This document shows positions 44,176 through 52,208 of a stretch of DNA of 64,000 bases, one piece after another; position 1 is the first letter of the stretch; each line of letters starts with the position of its first letter. Below the pieces are notes generated by a model that worked only from the letters and a program-made list of their open reading frames with translations, was not told the origin of the DNA and did no database searches. Source of the DNA: Bacteroidales bacterium (GTDB lineage Bacteria; Bacteroidota; Bacteroidia; Bacteroidales; UBA932); the NCBI GenBank assembly GCA_045114175.1, contig JBGUJZ010000029.1, positions 24,223 to 88,222 of the forward strand. The letters run 5' to 3'. Made by a program: the position numbers and the translations under genes.

Positions 44176-45374
44176 ATCCCAAATCCAAAAAGTGGATCCG
44201 CCGGGGGCTCATTGCCGGCGGCGTGTTGATCCTGTTTCTGCTCCTTGGCGGCCGCAAGCACAGCAAACTCCCCGAGGTGGAGGTGATGACGGTCACCTCC
44301 GGTGATCTGGTGGAGACCATTCCGGCCAGCGGCAAACTACGGCCCGTCACCGAGATTGCCGTTTCCCCGGATGTGTCGGGCGAGATTGTGGAGCTCAATT
44401 TCCGCGAGGGCGACCGGGTTCGCAAGGGCGACATTCTGCTGAAAATCAAGCAGGATCTCTATCTTTCAATGGTAGAGAAGGCCGAGGCGGCACTGGGGTC
44501 GCTCCGGGCGGAACTCAACCGCCAGCAGGCGGCAGCCAAGCAGGCCGCCACCGCCCTCACGCGGGCCAAATCGCTCTTTGCCCAACAGGCCATCTCCGCC
44601 TCCGAACTGGAGGCCGCACAGGCGGAATATGAGATGATGAACGGGCAGCTGAATGCCGCCCGGTGGAACGTGCGGAGCGGGGAAGCCTCCCTGAAGGAGG
44701 CGCGGGAGAACCTTACCAAAACCGTGATCCGCGCCCCGATGGACGGCACCGTTTCGCGCATGAATGTGGCCCTTGGGGAACGGGTGGTGGGCACCTCTCA
44801 GATGGCCGGCACCGAACTGCTGCGGATTGCCGATTTCAGCCAGATGGAGGTGGTGACCGACGTGGGGGAGAACGACGTGGTCCGGATTGCGCCGGGCGAC
44901 AGTGTTTCGCTCTCGCTGGATGCCTATCCGCGCCTGACTTTCAGCGGATTGGTGACACAAATCGCAAATTCATCGAAATTCGTTGCTGCAGGAATCGGGC
45001 AAGTTGCTAACTTTGAAGTCCGGATAGCGGTGCAGCCGGCCTCCTACCAGGCGCTGCTGCAAGACGATCCGACCCCGCTCAAACCCGGGATGTCGGCCGT
45101 TGCCTCGATCATCACGCGCTCCCGACGGGATGTCATTACCATCCCCCTCCAGAGCGTCTTTCTCCGAGGCAGACGGGAAGCCGTCTGGAGCGTCAGCGAA
45201 GCTGGCACCGTCACCGCCAAGGAGATTGAAACCGGCATTCAGGACCTCACCCGCATAGAAGTCCGCTCCGGGCTGGCCATCGGCGAAAGCATTGTCTGCG
45301 CCCCCTATCAGGCCATCACCCAAACGCTGACCGAGGGTTGCCGGGTCAAGATCCTGTCCGCAGAGAAACGCTAA
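44172..45374 (+). CDS. HlyD-family periplasmic adaptor (membrane fusion protein)
   Basis: 400 aa. N-terminal TM anchor, lipoyl/barrel-sandwich motifs (VSGEIVELNFREGDRVRKGDILLKI), a long coiled coil, and IRAPMDGTVS. ATGA overlap with the TolC-like gene. Confidence 0.88.
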   Translation: MNPKSKKWIRRGLIAGGVLILFLLLGGRKHSKLPEVEVMTVTSGDLVETIPASGKLRPVTEIAVSPDVSGEIVELNFREGDRVRKGDILLKIKQDLYLSMVEKAEAALGSLRAELNRQQAAAKQAATALTRAKSLFAQQAISASELEAAQAEYEMMNGQLNAARWNVRSGEASLKEARENLTKTVIRAPMDGTVSRMNVALGERVVGTSQMAGTELLRIADFSQMEVVTDVGENDVVRIAPGDSVSLSLDAYPRLTFSGLVTQIANSSKFVAAGIGQVANFEVRIAVQPASYQALLQDDPTPLKPGMSAVASIITRSRRDVITIPLQSVFLRGRREAVWSVSEAGTVTAKEIETGIQDLTRIEVRSGLAIGESIVCAPYQAITQTLTEGCRVKILSAEKR

Positions 45375-45384
45375 ACGAAAGACG

Positions 45385-46068
45385 ATGGAAAAACCTCGCA
45401 TCCTGATGATTGAAACGAGCACCGACAACTGCTCGGTGGCCCTTTGCCAAGGGACCGGCATCCTGGCCGAACGCCATACCGACGCCCCCAAAAGCCAGTC
45501 TTCCCTGCTCGCCCCCTTCGTGGAGGAGGTGCTGAAAGAGGCCGGCCTGAAGGCCAGCGAGTGTGACGCCGTGGCTGTCAGTGAGGGTCCGGGTTCCTAC
45601 ACGGGACTCCGCGTGGGCGTCTCCACCGCCAAGGGTGTCTGCTTCGGCGCGGGCATTCCGTTGCTGGCCGTGGGCACGCTGCGGATTCTGGCCGAGATGG
45701 GCCGCGGAAAGGCCGATTTCATTGTCCCGATGCTCGACGCCCGCCGCATGGAGGTTTACAGCGCGATATTCGACGGCAAGACGCTGGAACAGCAGACGGA
45801 GACGGAAGCCATCATCCTGGATGCGAACAGCTACGCCGACCTGCTCTCGCGCGGCACGGTGCTCTTCATTGGCAACGGAGTGGAAAAGTTTGCGCCGCTG
45901 GTCACTTCGCCCAACGCCACCTTCCAATCCTGCTGTCCGGAGGCATCCGCCATGGTCACCCCCGCCCTGGCGGGATGGCAAAAAAAAGAGTTCAAAGACG
46001 TTGCGTACTTTGAACCCTTCTATCTCAAGGAGTTTGTGGCCGGAATCAGCAAGAAAGCCGTTCTCTAG
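45385..46068 (+). CDS. tsaB: tRNA t6A37 biosynthesis protein TsaB
   Basis: 227 aa. ILMIETSTDNCSVAL and VSEGPGSYTGLRVG are YeaZ/TsaB motifs. Confidence 0.9.
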   Translation: MEKPRILMIETSTDNCSVALCQGTGILAERHTDAPKSQSSLLAPFVEEVLKEAGLKASECDAVAVSEGPGSYTGLRVGVSTAKGVCFGAGIPLLAVGTLRILAEMGRGKADFIVPMLDARRMEVYSAIFDGKTLEQQTETEAIILDANSYADLLSRGTVLFIGNGVEKFAPLVTSPNATFQSCCPEASAMVTPALAGWQKKEFKDVAYFEPFYLKEFVAGISKKAVL

Positions 46069-47201
46069 AGGCTCTTGCGAACCAGTGCTTCGAGCGCTGC
46101 GGCGTCGAAGAGATCCTTTCCAACGATATCTCCCTTACGGTCAATCACGAAGAGCGTAGGCAGCTGCGTGATGTTGTAGGCGGAAATGGCGCGGGAGTTC
46201 CGGCCATTGCCATCGTTGACGCTGATCCAGGGAATCTCCTGGTTGCGAACCACCGTTGCCCAGACCGCCTTGTCCACGTCCAGCGAAACCTGGTAGATCT
46301 CCAGGCCGCGGCTGTGGTACTTGGCGTAGAGGTCAGCCAGCGTATGGTTGAACATCTTGGGACCGTCCAGCGATACGCTCCAGAAGGAGAGGATAATCAC
46401 CGAGCCGGTCAGGTCGGAGAGCTTGCGCTCCTGACCCTCCAGATCGGGCATCGCCAGATCCGGGAAGGAGATGGTCTCCACGGCGTTCAGCTTGTTGTTG
46501 AAATCCAGCAGACTCTCACGCGACTTGATCTCTTCCGGCAGGGCCAGGACGTATTCCGAATTGGGATAAACCGGCTGGATGGAATCGTACACCTGCTTGA
46601 TAACCAGCACGTCCGTCAGTTCGCCGAAGACCGGCAGGTTCTCGTTGAACTTCTGGAAGAAGAGGGCTGCGGAGGTGATGGACTTGGGATGGGTAAGCAC
46701 GTGGCCCAGCGCAAAACGCTTGTAATCCACATAGACCCGGCCGATATCGGCGCGCAGTTCCTTGGCGGTGCGCTCGTCGGCAGCCAGGTTCAGGGCATCC
46801 GCACAGACGCCCATCTTGTAGCCGGCCAGACGGAACTCGTCGTTGACCTGCTTGAGCAGGGTGGATTCTTCGGAACCCTCCACGGTGTAGTCACCGTCGG
46901 ACTGCAGATTCACGCGAACCGCATCGCCCGGCAAGAGCACCAGCGAAGCCAGCGTCAGGCTGCCGTCGGAGAGGTGGCAGAAGACGGGGGCGCCCTTTTT
47001 CACCGCCACTTTGCCGCTGAAGTCACCCTTGGCGTCAACCTTCAGGGTATCCAGCGTAGTGAGCTGATTGGCAATCACTTTCTGCAGCAGCAGGGTGGTA
47101 TCGGAAAGATCCTCGCTGTGGCCTTCAATGCGGGCCGGATGGGTCTGGCTGCAGGCCGCAAAGGCGAGCAGCGCGAGGAGCAACAGTGCACTCTTTTTCA
47201 T
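46065..47201 (-). CDS. TlpA/thioredoxin-fold lipoprotein lacking the CxxC active site
   Basis: 378 aa. Lipobox LLAFAACS. The C-terminal thioredoxin-like domain reads ILSFWSVSLDGPKMF where TlpA proteins have FWASWCGPC. Confidence 0.8.
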   Translation of the reverse strand: MKKSALLLLALLAFAACSQTHPARIEGHSEDLSDTTLLLQKVIANQLTTLDTLKVDAKGDFSGKVAVKKGAPVFCHLSDGSLTLASLVLLPGDAVRVNLQSDGDYTVEGSEESTLLKQVNDEFRLAGYKMGVCADALNLAADERTAKELRADIGRVYVDYKRFALGHVLTHPKSITSAALFFQKFNENLPVFGELTDVLVIKQVYDSIQPVYPNSEYVLALPEEIKSRESLLDFNNKLNAVETISFPDLAMPDLEGQERKLSDLTGSVIILSFWSVSLDGPKMFNHTLADLYAKYHSRGLEIYQVSLDVDKAVWATVVRNQEIPWISVNDGNGRNSRAISAYNITQLPTLFVIDRKGDIVGKDLFDAAALEALVRKSL

Positions 47202-47206
47202 AATGG

Positions 47207-47608
47207 TTAGGCTTTGTCAAATTCCCGTGCGATGGCGGCTGCGATTTCAGCGAAGCGCTCGCTGGAAAGCTGCAGCTTCTCCTTGCGGAAATCCAGGTCT
47301 GATTCGCTCTGCAGGGGAACCAGGTGGATATGTGCGTGGGGCACCTCCATTCCGAGGACGGCTACGCCGATTCGCTTGCAGGGCAGCGCGGCCTTCTGGG
47401 CGCGAGCCACCTTGGCTGCGAATTCCCAGAGACCTTTGTAGGTATCTGCATCGAGATCAAAGAGATAGTCAACCTCCTGCTTGGGGATGACCAGGGTGTG
47501 TCCTTCCGCCAGCGGGGCGATATCGAGGAACGCATAGTAGCGATCGCTCTCCGCCACTTTGTACGAAGGAATCTCGCCGGCGACGATGCGGGAAAAGATG
47601 GATGCCAT
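47207..47608 (-). CDS. HIT-family (histidine triad) nucleotide hydrolase
   Basis: 133 aa. IFSRIVAGEIPSYKV and the histidine triad HAHIHLVP. Confidence 0.92.
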   Translation of the reverse strand: MASIFSRIVAGEIPSYKVAESDRYYAFLDIAPLAEGHTLVIPKQEVDYLFDLDADTYKGLWEFAAKVARAQKAALPCKRIGVAVLGMEVPHAHIHLVPLQSESDLDFRKEKLQLSSERFAEIAAAIAREFDKA

Positions 47609-47614
47609 AGCGGT

Positions 47615-48085
47615 TTAGATGGAAATATTGAGAATTTCGAATTTCAGCAGTCCGGAGGGAACCTGCACCTCGACGACATCACCCTTCTTGCGGCCCAGCA
47701 GCGCCTTGCCGATAGGGGTGGCAGCGGCCAGCTTGCCCTCTTTGAAGTTGGCTTCGCTTTCGCCAACCAGGGTGTATTCTACCACAGAGCCGTTGGCCAG
47801 ATTCTTGATCTTGACCTTGTTGAGCATCTGTACGCAGTCGGTATTGATCTTGGATTCGTCGATGACACGGGCGTTGGCGACCATGTCCTGCAGTTTTGCG
47901 ATTTTAAGTTCAAGAAGGCCCTGGGCCTCACGGGCAGCGTCGTATTCCGCATTTTCGGAGAGGTCACCCTTGTCGCGTGCCTCTGCAATCTGTGCGGAGA
48001 TAATGGGCCGCTGAGCGGTCAGTTTTGCCAGTTCGTCCCGCAGGTTGTCGAGACCTTCCTGTGTCACATAATGGATATCAGCCAT
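47615..48085 (-). CDS. greA: Transcription elongation factor GreA
   Basis: 156 aa. REAxxxGDLSENAEYDAAREAQ-type N-terminal coiled coil and a C-terminal FKBP-like domain. Confidence 0.95.
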   Translation of the reverse strand: MADIHYVTQEGLDNLRDELAKLTAQRPIISAQIAEARDKGDLSENAEYDAAREAQGLLELKIAKLQDMVANARVIDESKINTDCVQMLNKVKIKNLANGSVVEYTLVGESEANFKEGKLAAATPIGKALLGRKKGDVVEVQVPSGLLKFEILNISI

Positions 48086-48166
48086 ATCTATTTTTAAATA
48101 AACGGATAAAAGTAGAAAGAATCCCGCAGGGGGACCCTTTCATCTATTCCAAACTAATTTCTGCGA

Positions 48167-48174
48167 CAAAGGTA
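48167..48174 (-). promoter_or_regulatory. Candidate -7 box TACCTTTG upstream of greA
   Basis: Perfect TAnnTTTG on the minus strand, about 80 nt upstream of the greA ATG. Confidence 0.4.
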
Positions 48175-48179
48175 CGCAT

Positions 48180-48821
48180 TTATTTTGATTGTCGCAACCG
48201 GATTATGTTCAATCCGTCCCGCAGGGGCAGGATGAAACTCTCCAGACGCGGGTCAGCCGCCACGGCCGCATTGAATTCCAGGATGCCGCGAGTCTGGCAC
48301 TTCTCCTTGGAGCTGTCGTCACAGACTTTGCCACCCCAGAGCACATTGTCGGCCACCAGCCAGCCCCCTTCGCGCAGGCAGCGCACGATGAGCGGCAGGA
48401 ACTCGGGATAGGCCCGTTTGTTGGCATCCAGATAGACCAGGTCGTAGCTCCGCTCGGGCAGCGTGGGCAGCATCTGCAGCGCGTCGCAGAAGTGGAGGCG
48501 GATGCGGTCGCTCACCCCGGCACGGTCGAACCCTTCGCGGATGAGATCCTCGAGCTCATCGTTGATTTCCAGCGCGTCCAGCGTTCCCCCTTCCGGCAGG
48601 CCCGCAGCCAGGCAGATGGCCGAATAGCCGGTGAAGGTGCCGATCTCCAGCACCCGTTGCGGGCGGAGCATCTGCACCATCATGGTGAGCAGGCGTCCCA
48701 CCTCCGGACCGCAGAGCATGTGCGGGTAATTGGTGCGCAGATGGGTCTGCCGCTCCAGCCAGCCGAGCGCTTCGGGCAGCGGTGCGGAAAAATCTTCGAT
48801 ATATTTTTCGAGATTGTTCAT
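48180..48821 (-). CDS. Class I SAM-dependent O-methyltransferase (family 3, YrrM/caffeoyl-CoA OMT-like)
   Basis: 213 aa. SAM motif VLEIGTFTGYS, plus DLVYLDANK and GGWLVADNVLWGG. Confidence 0.85.
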   Translation of the reverse strand: MNNLEKYIEDFSAPLPEALGWLERQTHLRTNYPHMLCGPEVGRLLTMMVQMLRPQRVLEIGTFTGYSAICLAAGLPEGGTLDALEINDELEDLIREGFDRAGVSDRIRLHFCDALQMLPTLPERSYDLVYLDANKRAYPEFLPLIVRCLREGGWLVADNVLWGGKVCDDSSKEKCQTRGILEFNAAVAADPRLESFILPLRDGLNIIRLRQSK

Positions 48822-48831
48822 AAGTCCACCG

Positions 48832-48839
48832 CAAAGTTA
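48832..48839 (-). promoter_or_regulatory. Candidate -7 box TAACTTTG for the O-methyltransferase gene
   Basis: Perfect TAnnTTTG on the minus strand, only 10 nt before the ATG at 48821, so the leader is very short or absent. Confidence 0.45.
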
Positions 48840-48850
48840 GAGATTTTTCC

Positions 48851-48858
48851 TACTTTTG
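48851..48858 (+). promoter_or_regulatory. Candidate -7 box TACTTTTG for dnaX-lptB
   Basis: Perfect TAnnTTTG, 21 nt before the dnaX ATG and 11 nt from the divergent box. Confidence 0.5.
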
Positions 48859-48879
48859 TATGCTTAAGGTAGCATCACT

Positions 48880-50595
48880 ATGGCACAGTTCATCGTCTCC
48901 GCACGCAAATACCGGCCGAACAGTTTCGGCTCCCTGATCGGACAGGAAAATATTGCAACCACGCTCAAGAACGCCATTCTCCGCGAACAGTTGGCGCACG
49001 CCTACCTTTTCTGCGGACCGCGCGGCGTGGGCAAGACCAGTGCCGCCCGCATCTTTGCCAAGATCATCAACTGCGCCAACCCTTCTGCCGACATGGAACC
49101 CTGCGGGGAGTGCGAAAGCTGCCGCGCCTTTGCCGAGGGCCGTTCCTACAACATCCACGAGCTGGATGCCGCCTCCAACAACTCGGTAGATGACATCCGC
49201 GCGCTGACGGACAAGGTGCGCATCCCGCCCCAGATCGGCCACTACAGCGTCTATATCATCGACGAGGTCCACATGCTTTCGGCCTCCGCTTTCAACGCCT
49301 TCCTCAAGACGTTGGAGGAGCCGCCGGCATACGCCATCTTTATCCTGGCCACCACGGAGAAACACAAGATTCTCCCCACCATCCTTTCGCGCTGCCAGAC
49401 CTACGACTTCAACCGCATCACCATTGCGGGCATCGTGCAGAATCTCCGGCATATCGCTCAGTGCGAAGGGATTACCATTAGCGAAGACGCCATGCATATC
49501 ATCGCGCAGAAGGCGGACGGTGCCATGCGCGACGCCCTCACGCTCTTCGATCAGATGGTGGCCTTCTGCGGCAACGACATTACCTACGAGCAGGTGGTGA
49601 AGAACCTCAACGTGCTCGATTACGAATACTACTTCCGCCTGACGGATGCCTTCCGCCAGGGCGACAGCGCTACGGCCCTGAAGATCTTCGACGAGATCCT
49701 CTCGGCGGGCTTCAACTCCCAGCATTTCATCGGCGGGCTCTGCTCGCACTTCCGCGACCTGATTGTCTGCGCCCGCGGCGCCTCCGACACGCTGCTCGAA
49801 CTGGCCCCGTCGGTGGCCGAACGCTACAAAGCCTGCGCGGCCTCCTGCGCCCCGGAATTCCTCTTCCAGGCCCTGGATATCGCCACCACGGCGGATGCAC
49901 AGTACAAGCAGAGCGGCAATCCGCGCCTGCTGATTGAATTCGCACTGATGAAGATTTGCCGCCTGAACGAACCGGTGGCCGCCCCGCTCCGTCAGGAGCC
50001 GGCACGCCCCACCGCCGCTCCGGCACCAACACCCGCACCGAAACCGGTGGAAGCACCGGCTCCCGCACCGCAGCCTGCGCCCGTGCCCGAAGCTGCGCCT
50101 GCACCCGCCCCCGCACCGGCACCCAAGCCCGCAGAAGCCCCGCGGAAGCCTACCGGCCTCTCCATCAAGGATATGCTGCAGCAGGCCGTGGCCAACAAAG
50201 CGCCGGTTACCAAGGCTGAGGCCAAACCGCTCGTAGAGGAAGAGGTCAACGCCGCTTGGCAGAAGATGGCCTCCAACCAGCCGCAGCCTCGTCTCTCCGC
50301 CGTGCTGAGCGCCAAGAACCCGGTCATCCACGCCGACGACCACCTGCTGGTCTTCAGCGTAGCCAGCGAGGCCCAGAAAGATTGGATTGAGCACACCTGC
50401 CGCCAGAAACTGGAAGCTTTCCTGCGCGGAGAGCTCGGCGACAAGGCCCTCCAACTGCGGTTCGAAGTGGACGAGAAGGCGGCTGTCCACGAAGAGAAGG
50501 TCCCCTACATGCAGTCGGACAAAGACCGCTACCTCCGCCAAACCTCCCCTGAATTCGTTGAGCTTCGCAAGGAGTTCGAACTCGAAGTAAAATAA
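48880..50595 (+). CDS. dnaX: DNA polymerase III subunit gamma/tau
   Basis: 571 aa. AAA+ Walker A GPRGVGKTS, Zn module CGECESC, a sensor region, and a Pro/Ala-rich linker at about 49975..50150. Confidence 0.94.
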   Translation: MAQFIVSARKYRPNSFGSLIGQENIATTLKNAILREQLAHAYLFCGPRGVGKTSAARIFAKIINCANPSADMEPCGECESCRAFAEGRSYNIHELDAASNNSVDDIRALTDKVRIPPQIGHYSVYIIDEVHMLSASAFNAFLKTLEEPPAYAIFILATTEKHKILPTILSRCQTYDFNRITIAGIVQNLRHIAQCEGITISEDAMHIIAQKADGAMRDALTLFDQMVAFCGNDITYEQVVKNLNVLDYEYYFRLTDAFRQGDSATALKIFDEILSAGFNSQHFIGGLCSHFRDLIVCARGASDTLLELAPSVAERYKACAASCAPEFLFQALDIATTADAQYKQSGNPRLLIEFALMKICRLNEPVAAPLRQEPARPTAAPAPTPAPKPVEAPAPAPQPAPVPEAAPAPAPAPAPKPAEAPRKPTGLSIKDMLQQAVANKAPVTKAEAKPLVEEEVNAAWQKMASNQPQPRLSAVLSAKNPVIHADDHLLVFSVASEAQKDWIEHTCRQKLEAFLRGELGDKALQLRFEVDEKAAVHEEKVPYMQSDKDRYLRQTSPEFVELRKEFELEVK

Positions 50596-50601
50596 TCAGT
50601 T

Positions 50602-51354
50602 ATGAAACTCAGCTGCAAAGACCTGGTCAAGAAATACGGAAAACGCACCGTTGTAAGGGGCGTCTCCATTGAAGTTGAACAAGGCGAAATCGTGGGCCTG
50701 CTCGGGCCGAACGGCGCCGGAAAGACCACCTCTTTCTATATGATCACCGGCCTGATCAAACCCAACGACGGACAGATCTTCCTGGACGACGAAGAGATCA
50801 CCAAACTGCCGATGTACCGCCGTGCCCAGAAGGGCGTGGGATACCTGGCGCAGGAGGCGTCGGTCTTCCGCACGATGAGCGTGCAAGACAACATCCTCTC
50901 CGTGATGGAAATGGCTGGTTTTGAGAAGAATTACCGCCTGGAGCGGCTCGAGTCACTGATTGAGGAGTTCGGTCTGCACAAGGTCCGCAAGAGTCTGGGT
51001 ATCCAGCTCTCCGGTGGTGAGCGCCGCCGCTGCGAGATTGCCCGCGCGCTGGCCATCAACCCCAAGTTCATCCTGCTTGACGAGCCGTTTGCCGGTGTGG
51101 ACCCGATTGCCGTGGAGGATATTCAGCACATCATCGCTAAGCTGAAAACCAAGAACATCGGTATCATCATCACCGACCACAACGTCCACGAGACCCTGGC
51201 CATCACCGACCGGGCCTACCTGCTCTACGAGGGCAGCATTCTGGAGAGCGGCACCGCAGAACAGCTGGCCGCAAACCCGGAGGTCCGCAAGAAATACCTG
51301 GGACAGAACTTCGAGCTCCGCAAAGCCGTCCTGCACGAACGGGTGGAGCAATAA
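50602..51354 (+). CDS. lptB: LPS export ABC transporter ATPase LptB
   Basis: 250 aa. GPNGAGKTT, LSGGERRRCEIARAL and ILLDEPFAGVDP. The C-terminal extension is typical of LptB. Confidence 0.9.
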   Translation: MKLSCKDLVKKYGKRTVVRGVSIEVEQGEIVGLLGPNGAGKTTSFYMITGLIKPNDGQIFLDDEEITKLPMYRRAQKGVGYLAQEASVFRTMSVQDNILSVMEMAGFEKNYRLERLESLIEEFGLHKVRKSLGIQLSGGERRRCEIARALAINPKFILLDEPFAGVDPIAVEDIQHIIAKLKTKNIGIIITDHNVHETLAITDRAYLLYEGSILESGTAEQLAANPEVRKKYLGQNFELRKAVLHERVEQ

Positions 51355-51363
51355 ATCCTTAAA

Positions 51364-52206
51364 TTAGAGACACTTATCCACAGGGACCAGCGGGTGCTCG
51401 CCGACCGTAAGCACCGGCGGCAGCTGTGCTGCCTTGAAGGCGGCGCCAGCCTTGACGCGGACAATGCGGTCCACCAAAGCGGGATCCGCGCCGGAGGCAA
51501 TCACCTCGTCGGCCGGAAGGCCCTCTTCGTGAAGCGCGTGGAGCACCGGGTCCAACACACCGTAAGGCGGCAGCGAATCGGTATCCTTCTGGTTCGGCTT
51601 CAGCTCGGCGGAAGGCTCCTTGGAGATGGAGTGCTCAGGGATGATGCGCTTGCTGCCCGAATTGATGTGGTTGGCCAATTCGTAAACCTGCAGCTTGTAG
51701 AGGTCTGCCAGCACCATCATGGCACCGCACAAATCGCCGTAGAGCGTGCCGTAGCCCATAAAGAGCTCACTCTTGTTGGAGGTGTTGAGCAGCAGCGCGT
51801 CGTAGCGGTTGGCGTAGGTCATCACGATGGTTCCGCGGATGCGGGCCTGCAGGTTCTCCTGCGCCACGAACCACTCGCCGATCGAGAAGTAACCCGTCAT
51901 TTCACGCATGAAGGCGGCGTAGATCTTCTCGATGGGGATGATGTCGTAGCGGCCGCCCACGTTGTTCACCAGCTCCACGGAGTCGGAGACCGAGTGGATG
52001 GAGGAGTACTCGGAGGGCATCAGGATGCCGCGGACATTGTCCACGCCCAGCGCCTCAACCGCCAGGGCATAGACCACGGCGGAGTCGATACCGCCGGAGA
52101 GGCCCAGGACTGCCTTGGTCTTGTTGCAGGAGGCGAAATACTTGGCGATCTTGTCCACAAGGGTCTTGTGGACCTTCTCGATGGGAATGGAGGGTTCGAG
52201 AATCAT
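51364..52206 (-). CDS. nadE: NH3-dependent NAD+ synthetase
   Basis: 280 aa. PP-loop SGGIDS and a family-typical C-terminus. Confidence 0.88.
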   Translation of the reverse strand: MILEPSIPIEKVHKTLVDKIAKYFASCNKTKAVLGLSGGIDSAVVYALAVEALGVDNVRGILMPSEYSSIHSVSDSVELVNNVGGRYDIIPIEKIYAAFMREMTGYFSIGEWFVAQENLQARIRGTIVMTYANRYDALLLNTSNKSELFMGYGTLYGDLCGAMMVLADLYKLQVYELANHINSGSKRIIPEHSISKEPSAELKPNQKDTDSLPPYGVLDPVLHALHEEGLPADEVIASGADPALVDRIVRVKAGAAFKAAQLPPVLTVGEHPLVPVDKCL

Positions 52207-52208
52207 AA

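Noticed and set aside
40162-45374. Idea that the bacteriocin locus is a recently acquired genomic island
   Set aside because: There is no integrase, transposase, tRNA junction or direct repeats at the borders. The transporter genes have the same high GC and codon style as the flanking ileS and tsaB. Only the short peptide region is lower in GC. I cannot exclude older acquisition.
49900-50200. Programmed -1 frameshift site in dnaX (gamma subunit)
   Set aside because: I found no A-AAA-AAG-like slippery heptamer or downstream hairpin by eye. I cannot exclude another mechanism.
48850-50541. 563-aa minus-strand ORF
   Set aside because: It is antisense to dnaX and is extended by the GC-rich Pro/Ala linker region. 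The dnaX reading has AAA+ motifs.
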